A stretch of DNA of 64,000 nt from Candidatus Latescibacterota bacterium (GTDB taxonomy: Bacteria > Latescibacterota > UBA2968 > UBA8231). Position 1 is the stretch's first letter. Each line of letters starts with the position of its first letter. This document shows, in pieces, positions 1 through 9,276 of this stretch. A program made the position numbers and the translations under genes. Location: NCBI GenBank assembly GCA_965261395.1, contig OZ253462.1:1152001-1216000 (forward strand), written 5' to 3'. A model generated the notes under the pieces. It had not been told where the DNA came from. It did not search any database and saw only the letters and a list, made by a program, of their open reading frames with translations.

Positions 1-1509
1 CTTGCTCGTTTTGTCTTCGATGTTCGAGCAGTTGTGGATGAAGGCATCAAGGGCGGCATAATTGACGCGCGGCCACCACGTGTCGTCGCGGACGATTTCG
101 AGCAGAAGCTCTGAAAGATCCGGCAGGGGTCCGCCTTCCCGCAGGGGTCCGCCTTCCCTCAGAACGCGTAGTACGAAATCGGTAAACATCTGGTGGTCCC
201 GGTCGCGATTACTGTCGCTCAGGATCGACTCGAGCACGGGTTCCATATAGGGCGTGGCAAGCGCACTAAAAGCCGCAGTCATATTCCACACGGAATCGAG
301 CCGAACCCCCTCGTTGTTCAAGGATTCCAGCAGCGCATGTTTCTCGTCGGTGGAGAACTCGCGGATGTCGCCATATAGACCGACGCCGATAGGACCGCGT
401 TCGATAAGGTCCGTCCGGACGTCTTCGCAATGGGCCGCGAGCCAAGCGGACAAGCCCCTCATCTCCGTAACTACGGTGCCGTCCTCTCCCTCAATCAGGG
501 CGATCACGCGCCGAGCGGGGAGCCCGCTTTTGATGACTCTGGCGAGGTGCCGAGCGCCGAGGAATTCGGCGATGTGGCGATGAACCGGGGTGAAGCGGTC
601 ATTAGATACGCCCTTGAACAACTTCGTGGCGAGTGCAGACCGGAGCGCTTCGGGGCTATCGTAGTCGCATTGGTCCAGAGTGGGATACTCTTCATCCGGC
701 TGCCCGCGCAACGTGTGTCCGGCGGTACCCGAAATCAATTGAATGTCACAGAGGCGTCCGGCGGCGTCGAGAAGTTGGTCGGGTGTAGGTGGACTGTTTG
801 ACTCCTGCGCCGCTTGATGTTCCTCGTTGTGCTCGCGAATCATTTGACCGCAAGCCATCTCAAAAGTCTCTTTGCGACTTTTCGGCCACCCGCCGCCTTG
901 GGCCACAACATCGGCCAACATCTTGAGGGTCTGTGGATTTGCAAGCAGTCCCTCGACACCCCGCTCCTCGGCTGCCGCGATGAATGCATCGGCGTCGTTA
1001 ATGTCTGGTCGGGCATTCAGGATGTCGGCGATGTCCGAATTCGTCAGGGGATTGAGCCGCAGAACTGTCACCTTGGAGTCCGATGAGACAGATTCCAAGC
1101 GCCTCCGATCATTGGCCCCCAGCCAGTCCGCTTCCCGACACGAGAGGCGAAAGCGCGGCCTCCCCAACTCGTCGAGACGCCCGCGTATCTGGTTAAATGG
1201 TGTGCGAGCATCGTCCGCACCGACGCGGATTTCATCAAGTCCGTCGATAAAGAGCGTCTTGTCGTGCCATTCAGGATGGCTCTGCGGATTGAAGGTTAAG
1301 AAGTCACGGGCTGTAATCAGACAGGCATTCTCCCCAAGTGCCGCGCACTCGACCTCAAACGCAGTCGTCTTGCCTGCCCCAGGATCACCGAGCAACACAT
1401 AGGCCGGCACATCCCGGAACGATTCAAGAAGCCGAGACTCCTTCTCCCGAGGCTGATTCGCATTCCCTGCTGAGATTTCGGTGCAGGTGCGGGGAACGAT
1501 CATGTTCAC
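1..1509 (-). CDS. NACHT/STAND-family NTPase, runs off the left edge of the window
   Basis: Not in the ORF track; translated by hand from GTG 1509/ATG 1503: MIVPRTCTEIS...YVLLGDPGAGKTT (Walker A)...LFIDGLDE (Walker B)...LSCR...NPQTL...PVHRHIAEFLGA. Frame is open to position 1. GTGA overlaps the stop of the upstream ATPase. Confidence 0.85.
   Translation of the reverse strand, partial: MNMIVPRTCTEISAGNANQPREKESRLLESFRDVPAYVLLGDPGAGKTTAFEVECAALGENACLITARDFLTFNPQSHPEWHDKTLFIDGLDEIRVGADDARTPFNQIRGRLDELGRPRFRLSCREADWLGANDRRRLESVSSDSKVTVLRLNPLTNSDIADILNARPDINDADAFIAAAEERGVEGLLANPQTLKMLADVVAQGGGWPKSRKETFEMACGQMIREHNEEHQAAQESNSPPTPDQLLDAAGRLCDIQLISGTAGHTLRGQPDEEYPTLDQCDYDSPEALRSALATKLFKGVSNDRFTPVHRHIAEFLGARHLARVIKSGLPARRVIALIEGEDGTVVTEMRGLSAWLAAHCEDVRTDLIERGPIGVGLYGDIREFSTDEKHALLESLNNEGVRLDSVWNMTAAFSALATPYMEPVLESILSDSNRDRDHQMFTDFVLRVLREGGPLREGGPLPDLSELLLEIVRDDTWWPRVNYAALDAFIHNCSNIEDKTSK
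123..158. repeat. Perfect 18-bp tandem duplication (GCAGGGGTCCGCCTTCCC x2), in frame within the NACHT gene
   Basis: Copies at 123-140 and 141-158; the region encodes LREGGP-LREGGP. Confidence 0.9.
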
Positions 1510-2756
1510 GCTTCCTCGAACCAGTAATGGGCGGGCACCGTGAGAAACTCATTGAGTGGTATCCCACCTTCCCCAACGAGCAGCAAACGACGCGGACTAA
1601 AGCACCGTTCAAACTCGTCCATGCCTCCCAAGGGCATCCTCTTCGCGCCGCTCTTCACTTCGATGGCGACGATCCGAGTGCCCCGTTGCAGGACGAAATC
1701 GACTTCGTGCGACCCGTCTCGCCAGTAGTGAAGACGGATGTCGGATGTTGCGGTGTTGAACAAGTGCGCGCCGACCGCGCTCTCGACTATGCGCCCCCAG
1801 AAGCTGCGGTCCGCCTGCGCCTCAGCGAAGGAATACCCCGAACCGGCGGTCATCAAAGCCGTGTTGAGCACATTGAGCTTGGGGCTTGAGGCGCGAACCC
1901 GATGCACTCGGCCCGCGTATTTCGGCACCCCGGCAAGTAAACCGGCGCTCGCGAGCAAATCGAGATAGCGCGCCAAGGTGGTCGTGTTGCCAGCGTCCTG
2001 GAGTTGCCCCAGCATCTTGGTGTACGACAGGATCTGCCCGGAATAGACGGCGCCCAATTCAAAGAGCCGCTTCAGCAGCGCCGGTTTGTCCACTCGGGTC
2101 ATGGCGAGGAGGTCTCGCTCAATGTTCGGCTCAATGAGTGCGCCGAGGATATAGTCGCGCCACCGATCTGGGTCACGAACGAATGGAACCGCGCCTGGAT
2201 AGCCGCCGAAGTAGAAGTAGTGCGGCAGGTCGAAGTCGAAGGCCGCGGACATTTCGTCGAAAGACCAGTGCGTGACGCGGATAGATTCAAAGCGGCCGGC
2301 GAGGCTCTCGCTCAATCCCGACTGCATGAGCAGCGGGGCCGAGCCGAGGATGACCACGTGCAAGGGACAACCTCTGGCGCGGTCGGCGTCCCACAGCCCC
2401 TTTATGGTCTCCGACCACTGAGGAATCTTCTGAATCTCGTCGAACACCAGCACGAATCCCCCTAATTGTTCCGCCTCGCGCCGGGCTTCTTCCCAGTGGA
2501 GAACCAGCCATTCCGCATCTCGCACCTGTGGCGCAAGGAAGGTCGTCTCCGTGGCAGCGGATGGGACGCGGAATTCGCTAGAGTCGGGTTCATCAATAGC
2601 TAAGTAGCGGCTTTCGAGGTCAATCTGCCGCAGTGCTTGGCGCACAATCGTGGTCTTGCCGGTTTGACGCGGCCCGAATAGGGCGATGAGCTGCCGGGGC
2701 GGCTCGGCGAACCGACGATAGAGCGTGGTGACTTGAGGACGTTGAAAGGATGCCAT
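1506..2756 (-). CDS. AAA_14-family ATPase with C-terminal DUF4143/PD-(D/E)XK-like domain
   Basis: GPRQTGKTT, LVFDEIQ, LGS, ESLAGR, GGYP, GRIVESAV, YWRDGSHEVDFV...AIEVKSG. Confidence 0.9.
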   Translation of the reverse strand: MASFQRPQVTTLYRRFAEPPRQLIALFGPRQTGKTTIVRQALRQIDLESRYLAIDEPDSSEFRVPSAATETTFLAPQVRDAEWLVLHWEEARREAEQLGGFVLVFDEIQKIPQWSETIKGLWDADRARGCPLHVVILGSAPLLMQSGLSESLAGRFESIRVTHWSFDEMSAAFDFDLPHYFYFGGYPGAVPFVRDPDRWRDYILGALIEPNIERDLLAMTRVDKPALLKRLFELGAVYSGQILSYTKMLGQLQDAGNTTTLARYLDLLASAGLLAGVPKYAGRVHRVRASSPKLNVLNTALMTAGSGYSFAEAQADRSFWGRIVESAVGAHLFNTATSDIRLHYWRDGSHEVDFVLQRGTRIVAIEVKSGAKRMPLGGMDEFERCFSPRRLLLVGEGGIPLNEFLTVPAHYWFEEA

Positions 2757-2764
2757 AGAGATTA

Positions 2765-2802
2765 AATTACGCTACTGAGTAATTTTACTCAATAGCGTAA
2801 TT
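2765..2802. promoter_or_regulatory. 38-bp near-perfect AT-rich palindrome just upstream of the ATPase start (putative operator)
   Basis: AATTACGCTACTGAGTAA-TT-TTACTCAATAGCGTAATT; 17 of 18 arm positions pair. Confidence 0.7.
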
Positions 2803-2859
2803 AGGCACAAAACTGGTCGGTGTGAATTTGGATCGAAAATCGCAACTCAGGCCTCCCCT

Positions 2860-2886
2860 CTGGATTCCGGCTTTCACCGGGATGGC
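2860..2886. repeat. REP-like palindromic repeat (TGGATTCCGGC...CCGGGATG type)
   Basis: CTGGATTCCGGCTTTCACCGGGATGGC resembles the widespread CATTCCCGCGAAAGCGGGAATCCA intergenic repeat family. Confidence 0.5.
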
Positions 2887-2962
2887 TTTTTGAAAGTGTT
2901 GGCGAATCAACCCATGCTTATCATTTATAAATGACTGCGGATCGCTATACAAAGGACCGCCC

Positions 2963-5476
2963 GTGAGCAAAACTCCCTTGGCTCTGCTGATCCTGTTCTT
3001 TTTTTCCGGGGCCTGTTCCCTCGTCTATCAGGTCGTCTGGGTGCGTATGTTGATGCCCGTATTCGGCGTCAGCACCTTTGCCGTCAGCATTGTCCTAGCC
3101 GCCTTTATGGCCGGTCTCGCCTTGGGCAGCTATTGGTGCGGACGGGTGGCTGACCGTCGAGGCAACGGCCTGCGGCTCTACGCGCTGTTGGAGCTGGGCA
3201 TAGGCGTCTTCGCTCTGATATTTCCGCTTCTGCTTGCGGGTTTAGACGAGGTGTACACGGCGCTATATGGCTCTTTGCAAGGTATAGACGGGGCCTTTGT
3301 GCTCGTCCGCTTGGTGCTCGCATTCGCGCTGCTTTTGGTGCCGACCACCCTCATGGGCGCCACCCTGCCAACGCTGAGCAAGGCCGTGGCGCACCGCTTG
3401 GAGCGAGTCGGCGGAGACATGGGACGCCTGTATGCGGCCAATACGCTAGGCGCGGCCACCGGATGCGCGGTGGCGGCTTTTTTCGCGCTCGAACACTTGG
3501 GGGTTAGCGGCACTACTTACGCGGCGGCGGCGGGCAACCTGCTCATCGCCTTGGTCGCCTATTGCTGGAGCCGCGATGGCCAACAGGAGCAGACGGATGT
3601 AGGACGAGATGTAGCGCCCACCACCTTAGAGAGCCGGCTGGTCCTGGGGGGATTTGCGCTTTCGGGGTTTGTAGCCCTCGGATACGAGGTGCTGTGGACG
3701 CGGCTGTTGGCGATGCTCCTACAAAGTGCCACCGCCCAAAGCCTGAGCACGATCCTCGTCGCCTTCCTACTGGGGTTGGCCGGTGGGGCCGCGCTCGGGG
3801 CGCGCTTGATCGATCGCTGGCGCACGCCGCTTGCTGCCTTTGGCGCGGCGGAACTGCTCATCGGGCTGTGTGGCCTAAGCTCGATTGCCGCCTTTGGCAG
3901 CATACCCTATATCGTCGAGGCGTGGGGCGGCGCGCTCTCGTGGGAGGGCCATCTGTCCAAGCTGTTCGTCGCCGCCTTCGTGGTAATGCTCCCGGCGACG
4001 CTGCTGATGGGGCTACTCTTTCCGATTGCGGCCAAGGTGTGCATCCCGCGCATTGAGCAGCTAGGGCGCGGCGTCGGCACCGTGTACGCCGCCAATACGC
4101 TGGGGGCCATTGGCGGCGCACTAGTCGCCGGGTTTGTGCTGCTGCCGCTGCTGGGTACCTATCGGAGCATTCAGGTGTTGGCGTGGGTCAATATCGCCAT
4201 CGGTGCGGTGATCTTGGCGCTGGACCCGGCGGCGCAGCCGCGTACAAAGGCCGTGCGCACGGTCGGCGGCTTGGCGTTGGGGTTGGTCCTGACGCTGCTT
4301 TTGCCGGCCGGCCTTTTCGTCGAGCTGTTCCACTGGTCCGAGCCAAACAGCCGCTTGCTCTACTGGGATGAGGGCGCTGGTGCCACGGTCTCGGTCCACC
4401 AGAAACAGGACGGCGTGCGGATCCTCAAGGTCAACGGCGGCGGCGAGGTCCCCACTGACTACGCCTCGCTGCAGACCTTCCGCTTGCTGGGGCACTTGCC
4501 GCTAGTCTTGCACCCCGATCCAGCCGAAGTGCTGGTCATTGCTTTTGGCGGCGGCATCACCCTGTCCGCAGCCGAATTGCATCGGCCAGAGCGCCTCGAC
4601 TGTGCCGAACTGGTGCCGGGCGTCCCGCGAGCTGCGCCCTATTTTGCCCGCCACAATCGCCAGATCGCCACGCGCCTCGACCAAGCGCCCATCGAACTGG
4701 TCACCGAAGATGGCCGCAACCACGTGCTGCGCACGCAGCGGCAATACGACGCCATCATCTGCGACGCCACGCATCCGGGCACGGCCGATAGCTGGGTGCT
4801 CTATACGGAGGAGTTCTACCGGCTCTGCCGCCGCCGCGTCGGCACGGCCGGGCTGGTAGCGCAGTGGCTGCCGCTGCACGGGCTGTCGGTGGAGGACTAC
4901 AAGATGATCCTGCGGACCTTCCGGGCCGTGTATCCGCACGCTTCGCTGTGGCTGACCCATCAGTATTCGATCCTGCTGGGCACGCCGGGCGCACTGCACA
5001 TAGACTACGCTGCGCTCGAGCGCAAGCTAGGGCAGCCGGCGGTGCGAGCGAATTTGCGCTCGGTGGATCTGGGCGATCCGCCCTCTTTTTTGAGCGCCTT
5101 AGTCTTGGGCGAAAAGGAGCTAGCGGCCTACGCGGGTAGCGGGCCGATCAATACGGACGACCGCCCTTACATCAGCTTTACCGACCGCCGCCGCCGTGGC
5201 ACCAGCGGTGGCCTACCCGTACTTAGGAGCTTAGTCGATCACATAGTCGTCAATCCGCGACCGTACCTCTCGGCAGACACGCCCACGGAGGTGGTCGAAG
5301 CACTCGAACGGCGCTTGGCTGCCCGGCGGCACACCGTACTCGGGACGATTGCCCTGCTAGAAAAAGATGAGGAGCAAGCGGCGGCGGATTTTGCGCGGGC
5401 GCGGGAAATAGACCCCGGAGAGCGAGGCGCGCTGCGCGGACTCAAACAACGGAGCGGACGCCCTACGGCTCCCTGA
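2963..5476 (+). CDS. Fused multi-TM/spermidine-synthase-like SAM-dependent transferase with C-terminal TPR-like helices
   Basis: FSGACSLVYQVVW.R, LMGATLP and YAANTLGA repeats in the TM part; VLVIAFGGGIT, EDGRN, YDAIICD, QWLP, NTDDRP. Confidence 0.85.
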   Translation: MSKTPLALLILFFFSGACSLVYQVVWVRMLMPVFGVSTFAVSIVLAAFMAGLALGSYWCGRVADRRGNGLRLYALLELGIGVFALIFPLLLAGLDEVYTALYGSLQGIDGAFVLVRLVLAFALLLVPTTLMGATLPTLSKAVAHRLERVGGDMGRLYAANTLGAATGCAVAAFFALEHLGVSGTTYAAAAGNLLIALVAYCWSRDGQQEQTDVGRDVAPTTLESRLVLGGFALSGFVALGYEVLWTRLLAMLLQSATAQSLSTILVAFLLGLAGGAALGARLIDRWRTPLAAFGAAELLIGLCGLSSIAAFGSIPYIVEAWGGALSWEGHLSKLFVAAFVVMLPATLLMGLLFPIAAKVCIPRIEQLGRGVGTVYAANTLGAIGGALVAGFVLLPLLGTYRSIQVLAWVNIAIGAVILALDPAAQPRTKAVRTVGGLALGLVLTLLLPAGLFVELFHWSEPNSRLLYWDEGAGATVSVHQKQDGVRILKVNGGGEVPTDYASLQTFRLLGHLPLVLHPDPAEVLVIAFGGGITLSAAELHRPERLDCAELVPGVPRAAPYFARHNRQIATRLDQAPIELVTEDGRNHVLRTQRQYDAIICDATHPGTADSWVLYTEEFYRLCRRRVGTAGLVAQWLPLHGLSVEDYKMILRTFRAVYPHASLWLTHQYSILLGTPGALHIDYAALERKLGQPAVRANLRSVDLGDPPSFLSALVLGEKELAAYAGSGPINTDDRPYISFTDRRRRGTSGGLPVLRSLVDHIVVNPRPYLSADTPTEVVEALERRLAARRHTVLGTIALLEKDEEQAAADFARAREIDPGERGALRGLKQRSGRPTAP

Positions 5477-7382
5477 TCTCGACGAGTTGGTTGCTCTCTA
5501 TGGGTCCAGCGACGGTCTGCGCAGTGCCAGAGGGCCATTGCACTTGGATGCGCTCGACGGTGCTGACCGGCCCGAGTCCGAAGTAGAGCGGCAAGAGGCT
5601 TTGCGAGAGATAGCCGGACTTGCCGTCGTGTACCCGGGTGTAGGTCTGGGTACGGGTATGGACGCTGACCACCGCACCCAAACCATCGCGGTTGGAGAGG
5701 GTGCCTATCAGGCGGACCTTGAGGAAGTTGAGGTCCGCCTTTTGGTCGCTCAGATCGCTGATCAGCAGCAGCGGCGGTGCATTGAACTCGTTAGTGACAA
5801 TGTCTAAGTCCCCATCGTCGTCTAGATCGGCGAGGGCCGACGCGCGCGATCCTAATGCCCCCCAGAAGACGTGGGGGCCGCTGCGCCCCTCGCAGTCGGG
5901 ATGGGCTGCGTACTCTCCAGCGCAATCTAAGACAAACCACGGCATGGCCGTGCGTCCCTCGCGTCGCGGCTCGACCTCAAGAGCAAATTCAGCGTCGAGG
6001 AAGCCCTTGCCGCGGTCGTTGAGCAATAGGGAGTTGACCGCGTAGCGGAAGGCGTAGTTCATGCTAGCGGTGATAAAGACATCTTCGTACCCGTCGGCGT
6101 TGAGGTCGCCCGCGCTCAGCCCCCAAGGCCAGTAATTTTCCGCGCCGATGGAGTCGGAAATCTCGGCGTAAGTGCCGTCGGCTTGGCGGTGGTAAAAGGC
6201 GTTGCCGTAGATGCTGCGCCCGCCCGAGCGGAGAAAGCTCTCGGTCCACTGCATGCGCGACTTGAGCTTTTCGCGCTCCGGCCCAATGTCCTCGCTCATG
6301 TCCGAGTGCATGTCGGTGATGTAGAGGTCTTGGTGGCTGTCGTTGTCAAAGTCGAGGATCTGGGCCGACATGGCCCCCCACGGCGTGCGCGGGAAGACTG
6401 CTAGGCTCTTGTCGATAAAGTGCTGGCCTTGGTCGTTTTCGTAGTATTGGTCGTGCCCCTGCATGTTGAGCACGTACAGGTCGGGCCAGCCGTCCTCGTT
6501 GGCGTCTAGCGGCACCGCGTCGCCAGACCAACCATCGGCCTTGATCCCAACCTCCTCGGTCACATCGACAAAGCGGTTTTCGCCCACATTGCGGAAGAGC
6601 AGGCTCGGCTCGGTGCGCTCGGGCTTGAGGTGCCCGGCAAAGGCGTCCTTGAAGCCGACATAGTAGTGGTACTGCTCGGGTTGCTCCTCGGGCGCAAAGC
6701 CAATAACCGCGACCGGATCGCCGCGCTCGGTGTACTGCCCAACATTGGTCAGAAAGAGGTCGAGCTGTCCGTCGCGGTCGTAGTCGAAGAAAAGGGCCGC
6801 CGAAGAGTGCCCTTGGTGATTGAGGCCAGACTCTTGGGAAATATCCGCAAAGCGCCCGTCGCCTTGGTTGCGAAAGAGAACATTGCCCATGCGCACGTTG
6901 GTGACGTATAGGTCGGGTGCCCCGTCGTTGTCTAGGTCGGCGAAGGAAGCGGTCACGCCGATGCGGCCGGCGAGCGCCACGCCGCCCCGCTCGGTGATGT
7001 CGGCGAATTGGCCGTCGCCCATGTTGCGCCACAGTCCGTTCGGCCCGGCTTGGTTGACGAAGTAGAGGTCCGTGCGCCCGTCGCCATCGACATCCGCCAA
7101 GGCAATCCCATTGCCGTGGTCGTAGTGATTGGGCCGGTAGTGCCGCCCCGAGTCATCGACGATGCGGTGGTGGAAGGCAATGCCGCTGGCGGGCTGGCGG
7201 TCGGTGAAGCTGAAATCACAGAAGACTCCATAGCCTGCGGCCGCGGCCACTTGGGCTTGGCGGCGGCTCTCCAGCCAAGGGGGATCTAGCACTTCCGGGG
7301 GGACGCCGACAGCAACGGACGAATCGGCTGCTCCGACTCGGATCGCCGCGGACAAAGACAAGAAAATTAGAGTTAAAGACAT
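5463..7382 (-). CDS. CRTAC1-family protein (FG-GAP/VCBS repeats plus ASPIC/UnbV)
   Basis: Signal peptide, repeated DxDxDGxxDL motifs, C-terminal SNRDGLGA...GYLSQ...YFGLG...VQWPSG. Confidence 0.9.
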   Translation of the reverse strand: MSLTLIFLSLSAAIRVGAADSSVAVGVPPEVLDPPWLESRRQAQVAAAAGYGVFCDFSFTDRQPASGIAFHHRIVDDSGRHYRPNHYDHGNGIALADVDGDGRTDLYFVNQAGPNGLWRNMGDGQFADITERGGVALAGRIGVTASFADLDNDGAPDLYVTNVRMGNVLFRNQGDGRFADISQESGLNHQGHSSAALFFDYDRDGQLDLFLTNVGQYTERGDPVAVIGFAPEEQPEQYHYYVGFKDAFAGHLKPERTEPSLLFRNVGENRFVDVTEEVGIKADGWSGDAVPLDANEDGWPDLYVLNMQGHDQYYENDQGQHFIDKSLAVFPRTPWGAMSAQILDFDNDSHQDLYITDMHSDMSEDIGPEREKLKSRMQWTESFLRSGGRSIYGNAFYHRQADGTYAEISDSIGAENYWPWGLSAGDLNADGYEDVFITASMNYAFRYAVNSLLLNDRGKGFLDAEFALEVEPRREGRTAMPWFVLDCAGEYAAHPDCEGRSGPHVFWGALGSRASALADLDDDGDLDIVTNEFNAPPLLLISDLSDQKADLNFLKVRLIGTLSNRDGLGAVVSVHTRTQTYTRVHDGKSGYLSQSLLPLYFGLGPVSTVERIQVQWPSGTAQTVAGPIESNQLVEIREP

Positions 7383-7385
7383 GTT

Positions 7386-9272
7386 CTACCTACTAACTGT
7401 AAGCTCGATGACTCCGCCGATTTCCACCGCGAGGTCTAGGATGACGGCACGGTCTTTCACCGGCAATTTGAGGGCCGCGGATTTTTCCAAGCTCCGGTCG
7501 TAAACCTGGGCTTGGAGGCGTTCGCCTTCGACGCCTTCTAAACGAGTATAGAGGCGCTCTTGGGCACCGCCGTTGAGGATCCACATTCGGCGGATATTCT
7601 CCGATGGCACTGCGAGTACGCCGGGGAAGGTGGGGGTGAAGACACCCCAGAGTGCTTCGTCGCCGAGGTGTAGGGAAAAGAGCGAGTGGTGAGGATCGGC
7701 GCTGAGGAGCTGCTGGCGGCCGAAGAGCAACAAGTCGCGGTGCTGGCGATAAAAGGCGAGCCAAGCGCGGGTGATGCGCTGGTGCTCGGTGGGCAAAGCG
7801 CGCAAATCCATCGAGAGCATGGGCACGGCACTTGTGACGAGGCTGGCCATAAAGCGGGCGACGTTTGCGGGGCTTTCCTCGGGTAGCCAATAGGCCGGGT
7901 CCGTGTGTACGGCCACGTTGCCCTCACGGCCAGCTTCCGGGTTGAGAATATAGCTTTTGAGCCGAGTACACATGCGGCGGATGTGATCGGGGTCGAAGGG
8001 TGCGTCTTGGGCGCGGTGGCTGGTGGCAAAGGGACGAGTGACGAGGGTCGAGTAGTTCATGCGGTATTCGAGCAGGGCGTCGGCGCGCACTTGTGTGGCG
8101 GCCCGGTAGATGCCTTGGAGCAGGTCGTGGACGGCCTCGCCGTAGTCGGCGATATCGTGCTCGTGGTCGGTGGTGCAGGGCAAGCTGGCGCGGTCTTGCA
8201 GTGGGTCGATGAAGTCGATCTTGAGGCCGTTGCAGCCGTAGGTCTGCATCAGGTGTTTGACCGTGCGCCAGGCGTATTGGCGCACCGCAGGGCAGCGGGG
8301 ACAGAGGAAGTTGTTCGCTTCGTCGGAGTCTGCGGCGCGGAAGCGGTGCTTTTGTATGAAGGGGACGTCGGCCAGATCGCTGATATTGAACAGCGGCGCG
8401 CACCACAGCAGGATGGTCAAGCCCTGGGACTGAACCTCTTCGACGAGGCCCTTGAGGTCGGGGAATTTGCTTGCGTCGGGAATGTAGTGGCCGGTGTCGG
8501 GGTCGAAGCCGTCGCCTTTGAACCAGCCCGCATCGACGATGATATTGCCGATGCCCCATCCTTTGAGCAGGGGCACCATAGAGCGGATGTAGTCGGCATC
8601 GACATCGTTTTTGATGCCGTACCAGGAGCACCAGACCGGTTCCCACACCGAGGGCGGCGCTGGCGGCAGGGCGACCTGGTGCAGCTCGTCGTAGGCGCGC
8701 GAGAAGGCGCGTACCTCGTCGAAGACGGGGCGGTCCTCGCAGGACAAGTAGAGCGTCTCTTCCCAGACGCTCGTCTCGCGGGGAGCGGGATCGAAGAGGC
8801 GCTGCAAGGACATGTTGGCGTCTTCGTCGTAGCAGCTATGACGGGTCTCCGCCGCATGGACGTGGTCCATAAAGCCCATGCAGAAGCGGTTCTGGTCAAA
8901 GCGGTTTAGCGCGGCGACGAAGGGGAAAGACCAAGAGGTGAAGGTGCGCTCCTCGACGCCCCAGGGCAGGCTGATCAGATCGCGCTTGCCGATGGCCTCG
9001 TGTAGCACGGGCACGAAGACGCGGTGCAGGTCTAGGCCGGGTACTGCGGCTTCCACTTTGAACGCGGTGACCTTGAATGGGCTGCCATCCACCCGGCGCA
9101 ATTGCCATGTCAGCAGCAGACTTTTGGGGCCGAGCGGCGTTTCAATGCAGGAGTACTCGTAGCGGTCATCCGCATAGGTGCCGGGGGCGTCGATTGGCCG
9201 GTCATCCAACGCCGGGTCCGCCGCGAGGGAGACGGCCAAGGGGATGCCGTTGAAGCGGATAGCGTAGCGCAT
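7386..9272 (-). CDS. Glycoside hydrolase, GH36-like (alpha-galactosidase clan D)
   Basis: WCSWY, IVDAGW, KFPDL, LLWCAP, GLKIDF nucleophile motif, RAQD acid/base motif. Confidence 0.8.
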   Translation of the reverse strand: MRYAIRFNGIPLAVSLAADPALDDRPIDAPGTYADDRYEYSCIETPLGPKSLLLTWQLRRVDGSPFKVTAFKVEAAVPGLDLHRVFVPVLHEAIGKRDLISLPWGVEERTFTSWSFPFVAALNRFDQNRFCMGFMDHVHAAETRHSCYDEDANMSLQRLFDPAPRETSVWEETLYLSCEDRPVFDEVRAFSRAYDELHQVALPPAPPSVWEPVWCSWYGIKNDVDADYIRSMVPLLKGWGIGNIIVDAGWFKGDGFDPDTGHYIPDASKFPDLKGLVEEVQSQGLTILLWCAPLFNISDLADVPFIQKHRFRAADSDEANNFLCPRCPAVRQYAWRTVKHLMQTYGCNGLKIDFIDPLQDRASLPCTTDHEHDIADYGEAVHDLLQGIYRAATQVRADALLEYRMNYSTLVTRPFATSHRAQDAPFDPDHIRRMCTRLKSYILNPEAGREGNVAVHTDPAYWLPEESPANVARFMASLVTSAVPMLSMDLRALPTEHQRITRAWLAFYRQHRDLLLFGRQQLLSADPHHSLFSLHLGDEALWGVFTPTFPGVLAVPSENIRRMWILNGGAQERLYTRLEGVEGERLQAQVYDRSLEKSAALKLPVKDRAVILDLAVEIGGVIELTVSR

Positions 9273-9276
9273 GCCT

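Noticed and set aside
7905-8909. Long antisense or alternate-frame ORFs (also 9811-10665, 50410-51378, 58020-59093, 872-1402)
   Set aside because: Shadow ORFs of well-supported genes in GC-rich DNA, with no recognisable motifs.
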